From Armatimonadota bacterium (GTDB lineage Bacteria; Armatimonadota; Armatimonadia; Armatimonadales; Armatimonadaceae): a stretch of DNA of 16,037 nucleotides. This document shows positions 1 to 8,023 of the stretch, in pieces. The position numbers were made by a program, and so were the translations under genes. Where the stretch lies: the NCBI GenBank assembly GCA_043754515.1, contig JAYUUO010000062.1, positions 1-16,037 of the forward strand, read 5' to 3'. Position 1 is the stretch's first letter, and each line of letters starts with the position of its first letter. The notes beneath the pieces were generated by a model. That model did no database searches. It was not told the DNA's origin and saw only the letters and a list, made by a program, of their open reading frames with translations.

Positions 1-1431
1 GCGCATACCTGGCACTTCGTCGGCTGGCGGGTCGTAGAGGGGAAGCGCGTCCGGTGGGAGATATGGGGGCGACGAGCCCCCTACCTGTACCGGGAGCAGA
101 TCGGCGACGACTCCATGACCGACGACGGGGCGATCCGGACCCGGATTATTGCCCCAAATCGGGCGGCGTTTCGGACGCGTGGGCTGGTTCTCGAGACGCT
201 CTCTCAACCATTACCCGCGCGGAACTCATCCCCGAGCAATGGACACAGTGATACTGACAGCGAGGCCACGTTGTTCATCGGAGACATGGACGGCGACTAC
301 CTGAAGAGTTTTTTGGAGACGGAAAGGTCACGCGGTCAAATCAAACTCCAGGTCGGGCCTATCTCCTACGGAAACGACCTGGTCGAAGTCGGCACGCTGA
401 GTGTAAGTACAGCGACGCGGTTACCGGTACGCTACGAGTTGCGGCGAACCGAGATCAAGGCGATGAATCAGGATCAAGAGCGGAAGATGAACTGGCACGC
501 CATCCCCACTGACATGATCAAACGCACGTGGGATCAGGCGTTTTTGGTGGCGGAATACGATATGACGCTACCCGAGGGTGTGACGGAAGTTTCTTTGCCC
601 GACACCTATAAGGTGGTGGATATGACCGCCCCGCTCGACCCGACGAGTCTGTCGGGAATGGACGGTACTACCCAAAACGGCTTAACTGTGGGTGTTACTA
701 CCGACGCGATGGACAAGCGGGGGAACATCCGTCTCCGAGTTCAGGGCTGGATGGGCAACACGCGAATGGATCACAAACTAGAGGAGATAATGATTCAAGT
801 GCTAGCGATACCATTGAACCCGGAGCGAGAGCCAGGCTACCAATATCCGCGTGACGATCGGGGACGGATCTATGTCGAGATTGGGCGGCCGTAGGGAACC
901 CTCTACTGGGTTAATGAGCCGCGACTGCACCTTGTACCGCTCATACCACTCCGGAAGGAAGAGCCGTTGCCACGAACAATAACACTTAACCTTGACGCTG
1001 ATTGTGGTATCACCGATTCGCTCGGCAACGGGCAAGTGCGCAACGTGATCGTCGCGAAGGAGAGAATAACAATCACCGTGCGATTGCCGGAGCAGACGCC
1101 CGACCCCGGCTATGACACGGAACCCGTCTCGAAAGAAATTCAACGGAGTAGGCCGCCCGCGACACTGCGTCTGGAATCCGCCCGAAAGCGCGCCGACTAC
1201 TACCAGAATCTATCGCGCCACAGTCTCCATGCTACCGGTACCATGAACGCGGACGACAAGATATCGCTACGGAAGGCCATGCAGTGGGATCGCGAGGCGA
1301 TACACGAGAGTCGGCGAATCGGGGATCAACGAACGGCGAAGGATTTTGAAATGAATCTGGCGTCTGCCTACGACTCGCTCGACGAACACGGCAGGGCGGA
1401 AGCGGTGCGGAACGGCTCCGATGTTCCCTAG
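1..1431 (+). pseudogene. Large uncharacterised protein (5' end outside window) interrupted by one in-frame TAG at 892-894; ORFs 115-894 and 967-1431 appear to be one gene
   Basis: Frame 1 is open from base 1 (AHTWHFVGWRVVEGKRVRWEIWGRRAPYLYREQIGDD...) to TAG 892-894. It then continues stop-free in the same frame (GTLYWVNEPRLHLVPLIPLRKEEPLPRTITL...) to TAG 1429-1431. No clear RBS before 967. Confidence 0.6.
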
Positions 1432-1466
1432 CCGGGCGGCGACCTGCCAAACCAGAAGAAGGTAAC

Positions 1467-1500
1467 GCCGTCCGCGCCCGACTTGCCGGGCGCGGACGGC
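1467..1500. terminator. Perfect 14-bp GC hairpin, probable terminator or mRNA-stabilising stem
   Basis: GCCGTCCGCGCCCG-acttgc-CGGGCGCGGACGGC, 35 nt after the stop at 1431; no strong U-tract on the + strand. Confidence 0.55.
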
Positions 1501-1538
1501 ATCGCTTGCACTGGTTAGTGTTCGAGTCAGGTAAAAGT

Positions 1539-1635
1539 TAGGGCGATTGCATCATGGACCAATTACTTTCGCGACTATTACGGGGTACGGGGACGTTCAC
1601 CCGAATAGCAACCGGTCTATGATGCAATCGCCTTA
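1539..1635. mobile_element. 97-bp MITE or internally deleted IS with ISAs1-like ends
   Basis: 17-bp terminal inverted repeats TAGGGCGATTGCATCAT (1539-1555) and ATGATGCAATCGCCTTA (1619-1635), 16/17 match. Flanked by a degenerate 10-bp direct repeat AGGTAAAAGT (1529-1538) / AGGTGACAGT (1636-1645). The IR reads DAIAL, the usual ISAs1 transposase C-terminus. Confidence 0.75.
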
Positions 1636-1705
1636 AGGTGACAGTACCGTCGCTTAGCCCGAGCGGAAGGAATGATACAATTCTCGCGGTACCGGAGCAA
1701 AGACG

Positions 1706-1966
1706 ATGACATCGCATTCGACAGACAATATCGAACTGCTACATGCGCGGGAATGGCGCGGCGAGCCGCTCGCCCCCGAAGAGACGGCGGAATTGAGCGC
1801 ATTCTATCAGCGACTGGAGCGAGAGGAAGCCGAATACCTCGCCGTCGCGGCAGACAAGCGGATGGCAGAGATACGGGATCGAGAGGCGACTATTTCCGAG
1901 CTACAGACAGTACTCCGCGAAAAACGACTACGGCTCGCCCGCATCCGCTCGCTTATAGGACATTAA
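1706..1966 (+). CDS. Small helical/coiled-coil hypothetical protein (LHxxxxRGEPLxxEExAELxxFY type), possible HNH partner or antitoxin-like protein
   Basis: 86-aa ORF with a GGAG RBS and an extended -10 TGATACAAT (1673-1681) upstream; convergent with the HNH gene. Family resemblance is from recall. Confidence 0.7.
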   Translation: MTSHSTDNIELLHAREWRGEPLAPEETAELSAFYQRLEREEAEYLAVAADKRMAEIRDREATISELQTVLREKRLRLARIRSLIGH

Positions 1967-1974
1967 ATGTAAAA

Positions 1975-2418
1975 TCAGTCGCTCGTCTCGCGCAGCGGGT
2001 GCAACCCTGCTACCACGAACGCCGCACGTTGGTTGACGAGGCGTTCCCTGTTCGGTTGCAAAGCGTCTATTGTGGCGCGACCCGTCCGGGACCTACCGAT
2101 GATCATCTTGCCGTCCTCGCTCCATCCGAAGTGGTCTTGCCAAACGTCGTTACGCGGATGAAAGAGTTGCACCACTTCTTTCGTCGCCGGGTTAATTCCT
2201 GTCGTCTTCGTGAACTTGTGATTGTTGCAACCCGGACATGCCAACGCGAGGTTATCAGATTCGTCCGAGCCGCCTTGCTCCCGAGGTAGTATATGCTCCG
2301 TCGCAAAGCCCTGTGTTGCTAACCTATCCTGGCTCTTGCAATATTCGCGACAGCCGTTAGCACGTAACCGTACAATCTCCCTTACGGGGACGGCACGCCG
2401 TTTCGAGCGTAGGATCAC
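1975..2418 (-). CDS. HNH endonuclease (zinc-binding McrA-like)
   Basis: Motifs CxEYC, EHILPREQGGSDESDNLALACPGCNNHK, LFHPR...W..HF.W and TGRATIDALQPNR; ATGA overlap with the upstream gene. Confidence 0.92.
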   Translation of the reverse strand: MILRSKRRAVPVREIVRLRANGCREYCKSQDRLATQGFATEHILPREQGGSDESDNLALACPGCNNHKFTKTTGINPATKEVVQLFHPRNDVWQDHFGWSEDGKMIIGRSRTGRATIDALQPNRERLVNQRAAFVVAGLHPLRETSD

Positions 2419-2801
2419 TCATGCACGACGGGTTTTAACCCGAGTGCAACGACGACCGCCTCGACGCTGACGTTGCGGAGCGCGGCTAGACGAACAAGTC
2501 GACTCGCCCGCTCCGCGTCGCGTGCCTCGATCTCGTCGGTCAGGCGCAGAAGCTGTGCGTACTCCCCCTCGGTCAGCGTTTCGGGAGCGCGGCGACGTTT
2601 CGTATACAGACGGTTGAACTGACGTTGTAAGTCAGCGGGGATCGCGTTCTGAATGCGTTGCGCCAGATCACTTTCAGTGCTGGCCGGTTCCGCTGTCAGC
2701 AAGAAGCGCGAGACGTACTCGGCGACTGGCAAACCGTTCTTATCCGCCTGCGCCCGGAATTGTGCTTCGACCTCCGGCGTCAGGTTCAACATCAGGCTCA
2801 T
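2415..2801 (-). CDS. Hypothetical antitoxin-like partner of the HNH nuclease (RHH-like N-terminus)
   Basis: MSLMLNLTPEVEAQFRAQA...GLPVAEYV resembles a ribbon-helix-helix; C-terminal ETLTEGEYAQLLRLTDEIE motif; translationally coupled to the HNH gene and 9 nt downstream of the helicase stop. Confidence 0.75.
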   Translation of the reverse strand: MSLMLNLTPEVEAQFRAQADKNGLPVAEYVSRFLLTAEPASTESDLAQRIQNAIPADLQRQFNRLYTKRRRAPETLTEGEYAQLLRLTDEIEARDAERASRLVRLAALRNVSVEAVVVALGLKPVVHE

Positions 2802-2810
2802 CTGTTCAGT

Positions 2811-5096
2811 TTATCCCCTCGCAAGCAGGTAACGCAAAACCATCCGCGCAGCCGACTTGTCCAGCGGCTCGTTGTTGTTCCCGCACTTCGGACTCTGGAT
2901 GCACGACGGGCAACCGAACTCGCATGGGCACTCTTCCAGTAGCGTCAGTGTCGCGCCCAGCCACTGCTCGATCTGCCGGTAACCCGTCTCAGCGATGCCG
3001 ACGCCGCCGGGGTGCGCGTCGTGGACGAAGATCGCGGGCGCGCCGACCTGTTGCTGGTACGGGGTCGAAACGCCGCCGATGTCGTTGCGGTCGCACAGCG
3101 CGAATAGCGGCAGGAGCGAGATTGAAGCGTGTTCAACGGCGTGAACCGCGCCCGAGAGATCCAGCCCGTTCCCCTCCAGCCGCGTGACCAGTTCCATCGG
3201 GATGGGGTACCAGACCGCCTCGGTGTCAAAACGCTGTTCCGGCAGATCGAGATCGAAGTTGCCCAGCACCTCATCCGAATAAAGCTGTTTCTGCCGGAAC
3301 CCAACCACCTGCGACGTCACGGTTACCTCGCCGAAGTACGCCACGGTCTGCCCCCACTCCTTTGACGCGACCGTGCGCCGTATCTCCGTCCGCGACTCGG
3401 AGCGCGGCTCGGTGAAGTACCCGGCGGATGCGGGGCGGACATGAGCGCGGAAGTTCTTGCTGTCCAGCTCCTCTACCAGGAACGTCTCGCCCATGTGCAG
3501 ATAGATCGCGCCGGGGTGCAACGTCTCGAAAACTTTGCCCTCGTCCTCGGTGCCGAGCACCTTATTGCCGCGACTCGAGTCTAGAATCGTGTATTGGTTC
3601 CCCGACGCCGACCGGATGTTGACCAAGCTCGCCGGATACACCTGCCCGGCATAAACGAAGCGGTCCCCGCGCGCCGACAACGCTTCCTCCTCGCACAGGC
3701 GGTTCGCGACCGACCGCGCTTTTTCGCCGCCGAAGAGGGCCAGGTCCGCGTCGTCGAGCGGCCGTTCGTAGGCGGCGCAGAGCAGGTGCCCGCCTAAAAT
3801 ATGCCGGTTTGTCTGATCCAGCGCGGCATGCTCGTGCGCCTTGCCGAAGAAGTAGTCGGGGCGTTTCATCAGGAACTGGTCGAGCGGATTGTCCGCCGCA
3901 ATTAGCACCGCGAGCGAGTCGCCCTTGCCACGGCCCGCCCGCCCCGCTTGTTGCCACGTGGACGCGACCGTACCGGGGTAGCCGGTCATCACGCAGGCGT
4001 CCACGCCGCCTATGTCAACGCCGAGTTCGAGCGCGTTGGTCGCGGTGACGCCGAGCAGGTCGCCGCTAAACAGCCGCCGTTCGATCTCGCGCCGCTGGGC
4101 GGGAGTGTAGCCCGCCCGGTACGACATGATCCGCCCCGCCGTCTCCGGCTTCGTGGTGCGCTCCAGCGCGGCTTTGGAGTACGACAGCAACAGTTCGGCG
4201 GTTTTGCGGGCGCGGGTGAACGCGATCGTACGGGTGTTCTCGCCGACCAGGGTGGTGAAAAGCATCGTCGCCTCGGCATTCGTAGACCGGCGCGTCCCGG
4301 TCGTGGCGTCAATGATCGGTGGGTTCCAGAACACGAACTGCTTCTTGCCGGAGGGCGCGCCGGTCCCCGAGATCACCCGTGCCTCTAACCCCGTTAACTT
4401 ATGAAACAGTTCGCCAGGGTTCGCGATAGTCGCCGAGCACGCGAAAAACTGCGGCGACGACCCATAATGCTCGCAGATCCGACGCAAGCGACGCAGGATG
4501 TTGGCGACATGCGCCCCGAATACGCCGCGATACGTGTGCGCCTCGTCCAGTATCACATAGCGCAGACCGCGGAAGAATGATCCCCAGCCGGTGTGGTACG
4601 GCAACACGCCCATGTGGAGCATATCCGGGTTGGTGATCACGACCCGCGCCATCCGCTTGACCCAGCCGCGCTCCTCTTTGGGCGTGTCGCCGTCGTACGT
4701 CGCGGTGGTCACGCCGGGCGCGAGCTTCAGGGCGTCAATCTTGCCACGCTGATCCTGCGCGAGTGCCTTGGTCGGGAACAGGTACAGGGCGCGCGCGTGC
4801 GGGTCGGCGAGCAGGGTTTCCAGCACCGGCGCGTTGTAGCAGAGCGATTTGCCGGACGCGGTGGGGGTAGTAATGATCCAGTGGAAGCCGGAGCGGGCGG
4901 CGTCAATCGCCTCCGCCTGGTGCCGGTACAGCCGGTCAACCCCCTGAGTCGCAAGGGCGTCCGCGAGCGCGGGCGGGAGCGGCGCGTCGAGTTCGCCGAA
5001 CTGCGCCGCTTTCGCGTCGAGCGTCTGGTCGTGTACGATCTGCCCCTTGTATTCGGGGTGCCGCTTAATACGCTCGATAAACCGGGTGGCGTCCAT
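2811..5096 (-). CDS. mrfA: DEAH-box helicase with C-terminal DUF1998 Zn-binding domain (MrfA/Hrq1/SftH-like)
   Basis: Walker A TPTASGKS, YLFPTKALAQDQ, DEAH, SAT, TNALELGVDIG, QQAGRAGR, and C-terminal CPCEFGCPSCIQSPKCGNNNEPLDK. Confidence 0.93.
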   Translation of the reverse strand: MDATRFIERIKRHPEYKGQIVHDQTLDAKAAQFGELDAPLPPALADALATQGVDRLYRHQAEAIDAARSGFHWIITTPTASGKSLCYNAPVLETLLADPHARALYLFPTKALAQDQRGKIDALKLAPGVTTATYDGDTPKEERGWVKRMARVVITNPDMLHMGVLPYHTGWGSFFRGLRYVILDEAHTYRGVFGAHVANILRRLRRICEHYGSSPQFFACSATIANPGELFHKLTGLEARVISGTGAPSGKKQFVFWNPPIIDATTGTRRSTNAEATMLFTTLVGENTRTIAFTRARKTAELLLSYSKAALERTTKPETAGRIMSYRAGYTPAQRREIERRLFSGDLLGVTATNALELGVDIGGVDACVMTGYPGTVASTWQQAGRAGRGKGDSLAVLIAADNPLDQFLMKRPDYFFGKAHEHAALDQTNRHILGGHLLCAAYERPLDDADLALFGGEKARSVANRLCEEEALSARGDRFVYAGQVYPASLVNIRSASGNQYTILDSSRGNKVLGTEDEGKVFETLHPGAIYLHMGETFLVEELDSKNFRAHVRPASAGYFTEPRSESRTEIRRTVASKEWGQTVAYFGEVTVTSQVVGFRQKQLYSDEVLGNFDLDLPEQRFDTEAVWYPIPMELVTRLEGNGLDLSGAVHAVEHASISLLPLFALCDRNDIGGVSTPYQQQVGAPAIFVHDAHPGGVGIAETGYRQIEQWLGATLTLLEECPCEFGCPSCIQSPKCGNNNEPLDKSAARMVLRYLLARG

Positions 5097-5107
5097 GAAC
5101 CATTATG
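5097..5107 (-). promoter_or_regulatory. Probable -10 box for a leaderless helicase mRNA
   Basis: Minus strand CATAAT-ggttc-ATG with no Shine-Dalgarno. Confidence 0.5.
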
Positions 5108-5171
5108 CGGCGGAACCAGCGCGGGGGCAAACTAATGATTGATGCGCTGTGTCGCAGGGAGTATTCTATGT

Positions 5172-5360
5172 TCATCCGCCGAGCTGTTTTTGCAACTCAG
5201 CCAGTTCGCTCTCGCGATCCTCCAACACTCGCGAAAGAGTTTGTTGCTCCCGAAGTACGGCTTGCTGTTCGGCGCGTCGGCGGCGGTGCGCGACGAGATG
5301 AACACGGTTCAGACGCAGATGACGGATGTGGAAGGTGCCTGTTTCCGACAGCCCTTCTAG
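5172..5360 (-). pseudogene. C-terminal fragment of an HNH endonuclease with coiled-coil tail
   Basis: LEGLSETGTFHIRHLRLNRVHLVAHRRRR parallels the HNH C-terminal motif IIGRSRTGRATIDALQPNRERLVNQR of 1975-2418; the catalytic HNH part is absent. Confidence 0.6.
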
Positions 5361-5653
5361 TTTGTAGAACGAATTCTTAGACCATCCGTCGGGGTAGTCT
5401 ATCCCCGAATCCAACTGCAACGTCCAATCCTGAGTCGGATTGCGCTTCGCGACGAACAGTAACGGAGCCTGGTAGAGCGCGGGCCAAACAAGCAGGTCAA
5501 CTCGTCCCAGTGTCCCGAAAACATTCTGCCCTACCGGTTCAAGATATATCCGGGATTCACCCGCGAAGCGAGATATTTCGCCGGGCCTTCGTCTAACTCG
5601 ACGGTGCCCCGCACACTCGTCCAGCCTCTTTGCCACGACCAGTCCTCGACATC
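5361..5653 (-). pseudogene. Frameshifted, end-truncated fragment of a conserved hypothetical protein
   Basis: DVEDWSWQRGWTSVRGTVELDEG in one frame continues as RIYLEPVGQNVFGTLGRVDLLVWPAL...SGIDYPDGWSKNSFYKL in another. It resembles (from recall) a Planctomycetota-type LEP...G.VDL family. Confidence 0.5.
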
Positions 5654-5835
5654 TCTAGCGCACCTAGAAGCTCTGGCAAATGGTTCATCGTGAACAGGCC
5701 GGATACATATACCTCGGGCGTGCGCGTCAGCCGGTAGAATACCCACCCCTGCCCGTTCGAGACGATGCCGTAGACCTCCGTCTCGTGACCGTCGCGGATG
5801 TTACTTTGCTGACAAACCGCCATCTCCGCGATGCA
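5654..5835 (-). pseudogene. Internal fragment of a paralogue of the 8508-9101 gene
   Basis: Ungapped match to 8545-8726 (about 23 mismatches in 182 nt by hand count, mostly synonymous); encodes CIAEMAVCQQ...VYGIVSNGQGWVFYRL...LPELLGALE. Confidence 0.9.
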
Positions 5836-6271
5836 AAGTGCCTTCCACGGCTCGTGCCAGGGCATCCCGCACTGTGGCCGCTTCGGTGTCACTTAAAAAA
5901 CGGGCGAAGTGATTCACGATGGACGGCTCGTACACCACCCACGCCGCTTCTCTCGCCGCCCGCCCTTCGTCTGTCAATACGGCATAGACGGCGCGGCGAT
6001 CTTCCGCGCAATGCTCGCGCCGCACGTAGCCTTCCGCCACAAGCCGGTCCACGAGTCGCGTCAATCCGCTCCGGCTCACCAGAACGCGGTCGGCGAGTTC
6101 GCCCATCTTGAGCCGCCCGTCGGCCTCTTCCAGCCACAGCAGGACGTCATACCAGTCGAAGGCGATAACACCCGCCGCCGCTAGTTCGCGGTCAATAGTC
6201 TCCACCAGTCGCGCCCGCGCCGTCAGCAACATGCGCCATGCGGCTTTATGCGTTTCGTTCAAAATCGCCAC
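5801..6271 (-). CDS. MarR-family transcriptional regulator
   Basis: WYDVLLWL...LKMGELADRVLVSRSGLTRLVDRLVAEGYVRR...DRRAVYAVLTDEG is a winged HTH. GTG start. The last ~11 codons and stop come from the adjacent paralogue fragment. Confidence 0.93.
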   Translation of the reverse strand: MAILNETHKAAWRMLLTARARLVETIDRELAAAGVIAFDWYDVLLWLEEADGRLKMGELADRVLVSRSGLTRLVDRLVAEGYVRREHCAEDRRAVYAVLTDEGRAAREAAWVVYEPSIVNHFARFLSDTEAATVRDALARAVEGTLHRGDGGLSAK

Positions 6272-6290
6272 GTTAGATCATCCCCGAAAA

Positions 6291-6364
6291 ATATTTTACC
6301 ACGGGCAATATTTCCACTTGCAAATATATCTAGGCTGGTGTATATTAATACCGATTGCAAATAT
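6291..6364. promoter_or_regulatory. Divergent promoters with a probable MarR operator
   Basis: Palindrome ATATTTcCActTGcAAATAT (6308-6327) overlaps a + strand promoter TTGCAA(6318)-17 nt-TATATT(6341). A second half-site TTGCAAATAT lies at 6355-6364. The minus strand has TGgTAAAAT upstream of marR. Confidence 0.7.
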
Positions 6365-6390
6365 TGATTGTGGTATAGAAAGAAAGTAGC

Positions 6391-6781
6391 ATGAACACTA
6401 ACCAGTCGGTAACGTTACGCGATAACGTCACCGAACTCGTCGCGCTCGTCATCACAGGGCAGGTAATGCCCGCTTTACATCGCTTCTACGCCGACACGGT
6501 CATGATGCGCGACAACGGAGGGGAGCTGACGGTGGGGCTTGCCGCGAATTTGGCCCGTGAGGAAGGCTTCGTGAACTACATCCGCGAGATTCACGAGAAT
6601 CGCGCCGCGTCCATCGCCGTGGACGAATCTAACGACACCGCCGCGATCCGGTGGAACTTCGAGTTCACCGGCACCGATGGCAAGCGGCTCCGCTTTGATC
6701 AGATCGCGCTCTCAGGAGTGGGCGGACGGCAAGATAGTCCGCGAGACGTTCTTCTATGACTCGGCGAACATCGCCAGATAA
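6391..6781 (+). pseudogene. SnoaL/NTF2-like protein with a +1 frameshift near 6712
   Basis: ...RFYADTVMMRDN...RWNFEFTGTDGKRLRFDQIAL; removing one base restores the family ending QEWADGKIVRETFFYDSANIAR-TAA (6779-6781). Confidence 0.8.
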
Positions 6782-6806
6782 TCCGAGAATACGTAAGGAA
6801 ACAGAA

Positions 6807-7400
6807 ATGAAAAACACCATTCGGCTCGTAGTAGCCGCCACCGCCCTGTCAGTTTGGGCTAGCATCGCCCCGTTCGCAGTCGCCGCCCCGCCAAAATCGG
6901 CTCCCGCGACACCCGCCGCCATCGCCCGCGCCGCGTTCGACGCCGCGAAAAACCAGAAGAGCGAGGCGGGCGCGGTTACGAAGAACCTCGCCACGTTCGA
7001 CGACCTGGACTTCAACGTCTTCTCGAATGGAAAGTGGGACGAGTTGGGCCGTAGCCACTCGCGCGACGTCACGGTTCATTGGCCCGACGGGCGCGTGACG
7101 CACGGCATCGAGACGCACATCAAAGATCTCAAAGCCCTGTTCGTGTTCGCGCCGGACACGCGCATTCTTCAGCACCCGATCAAAGTAGGGCAGGGTGATC
7201 ACACGAGCGTGGTCGGCATTTTCGAGGGCACCTTCACAAACCCTATGCCGATCGGCGACGGTAAAACCATTCCGCCCACAGGCAAGGCGTTCAAAATCCT
7301 GATGTGTACGGTCGCTCACTGGAAGAACGGCGTCATGGACGAAGAGTTCCTCTTCTGGGACAACGCCGAGTTCGCCAAAGAGATTGGCATTGGGAAGTAA
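6807..7400 (+). CDS. Secreted SnoaL-like ester cyclase/polyketide cyclase family protein
   Basis: AAGGA RBS before ATG 6807; signal peptide MKNTIRLVVAATALSVWASIAPFAVA; FDDLDFNVFS...SHSRDVTVHWPDG...PTGKAF...EEFLFWDN. Confidence 0.88.
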   Translation: MKNTIRLVVAATALSVWASIAPFAVAAPPKSAPATPAAIARAAFDAAKNQKSEAGAVTKNLATFDDLDFNVFSNGKWDELGRSHSRDVTVHWPDGRVTHGIETHIKDLKALFVFAPDTRILQHPIKVGQGDHTSVVGIFEGTFTNPMPIGDGKTIPPTGKAFKILMCTVAHWKNGVMDEEFLFWDNAEFAKEIGIGK

Positions 7401-7465
7401 CAGTCACGGGAAGGGAGGGGCGTGACATTCCTGTTCACGCCCCGACCGGACGAAAGGACTACAGT

Positions 7466-7951
7466 ATGATACAGAAACTACTCGTTACGGACAACAAAAA
7501 CGTCGCGCTCCTCGTCAGCCGGGTCGCGCTCAGCACGGTGATGTTCCCACACGGGGCGCAGAAACTGTTAGGCTGGTTTGGCGGCTTCGGGTTCGTCAAA
7601 ACGATGCAATATTTCGGGGGCATACACGTCCCCGCGTTCCTCGGCTTTCTGCTGATCGTCGCGGAATTCTTCGGGTCGCTCGCGCTGATTGTCGGGCTTC
7701 TGTCTCGCCCCGCCGCGTTCGGGATAGCCGCGTCCATCGCCGGCGCGCTGGTGCTGGCACATCTGCCGAACGGCCTTTTTATGAACTGGTTCGGCACGCA
7801 AAAGGGCGAGGGCATCGAGTATGATCTGCTGATGCTCGGCCTCGCCTCGGCGGTGATGCTAGGGGGCGCGGGCGCGCTCTCGGCGGACAGTTGGCTCTCG
7901 AAGGTCATTCCACGGCCGTCGGAGCAAGCCGCGCCGTTCGCAGCGCGATGA
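7466..7951 (+). CDS. DoxX family membrane protein (CatD-like)
   Basis: AAGGA RBS before ATG 7466; RVAL..VMFPHGAQKLLGWFGGFG, AEFFGSL, FMNWFGTQKGEGIEY, GAGALSAD. Confidence 0.92.
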   Translation: MIQKLLVTDNKNVALLVSRVALSTVMFPHGAQKLLGWFGGFGFVKTMQYFGGIHVPAFLGFLLIVAEFFGSLALIVGLLSRPAAFGIAASIAGALVLAHLPNGLFMNWFGTQKGEGIEYDLLMLGLASAVMLGGAGALSADSWLSKVIPRPSEQAAPFAAR

Positions 7952-8023
7952 AACGAGGCAGAAAGACGACGCGGAGTGCTCGCGGAGCATCCCGCGTCTG
8001 AAAGTAAAACCCGGATTCAAATT

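Noticed and set aside
1537..1640. Integron attC site (GTTAGGG present)
   Set aside because: The geometry fits terminal IRs with flanking direct repeats; there is no RYYYAAC...GTTRRRY arrangement and no integrase.
2811..5096. DISARM or Druantia defence system
   Set aside because: This is a fused MrfA-type architecture, and none of the other system genes are in the window.
5172..5636. 154-aa ORF as a genuine gene
   Set aside because: It appears chimeric: an out-of-frame N-terminus plus two unrelated fragments.
7417..7998. Intergenic hairpins at 7417-7443 and 7968-7998 as a repeat family or riboswitch
   Set aside because: They are unrelated in sequence and lack U-tracts; most likely ordinary mRNA-stabilising stems.
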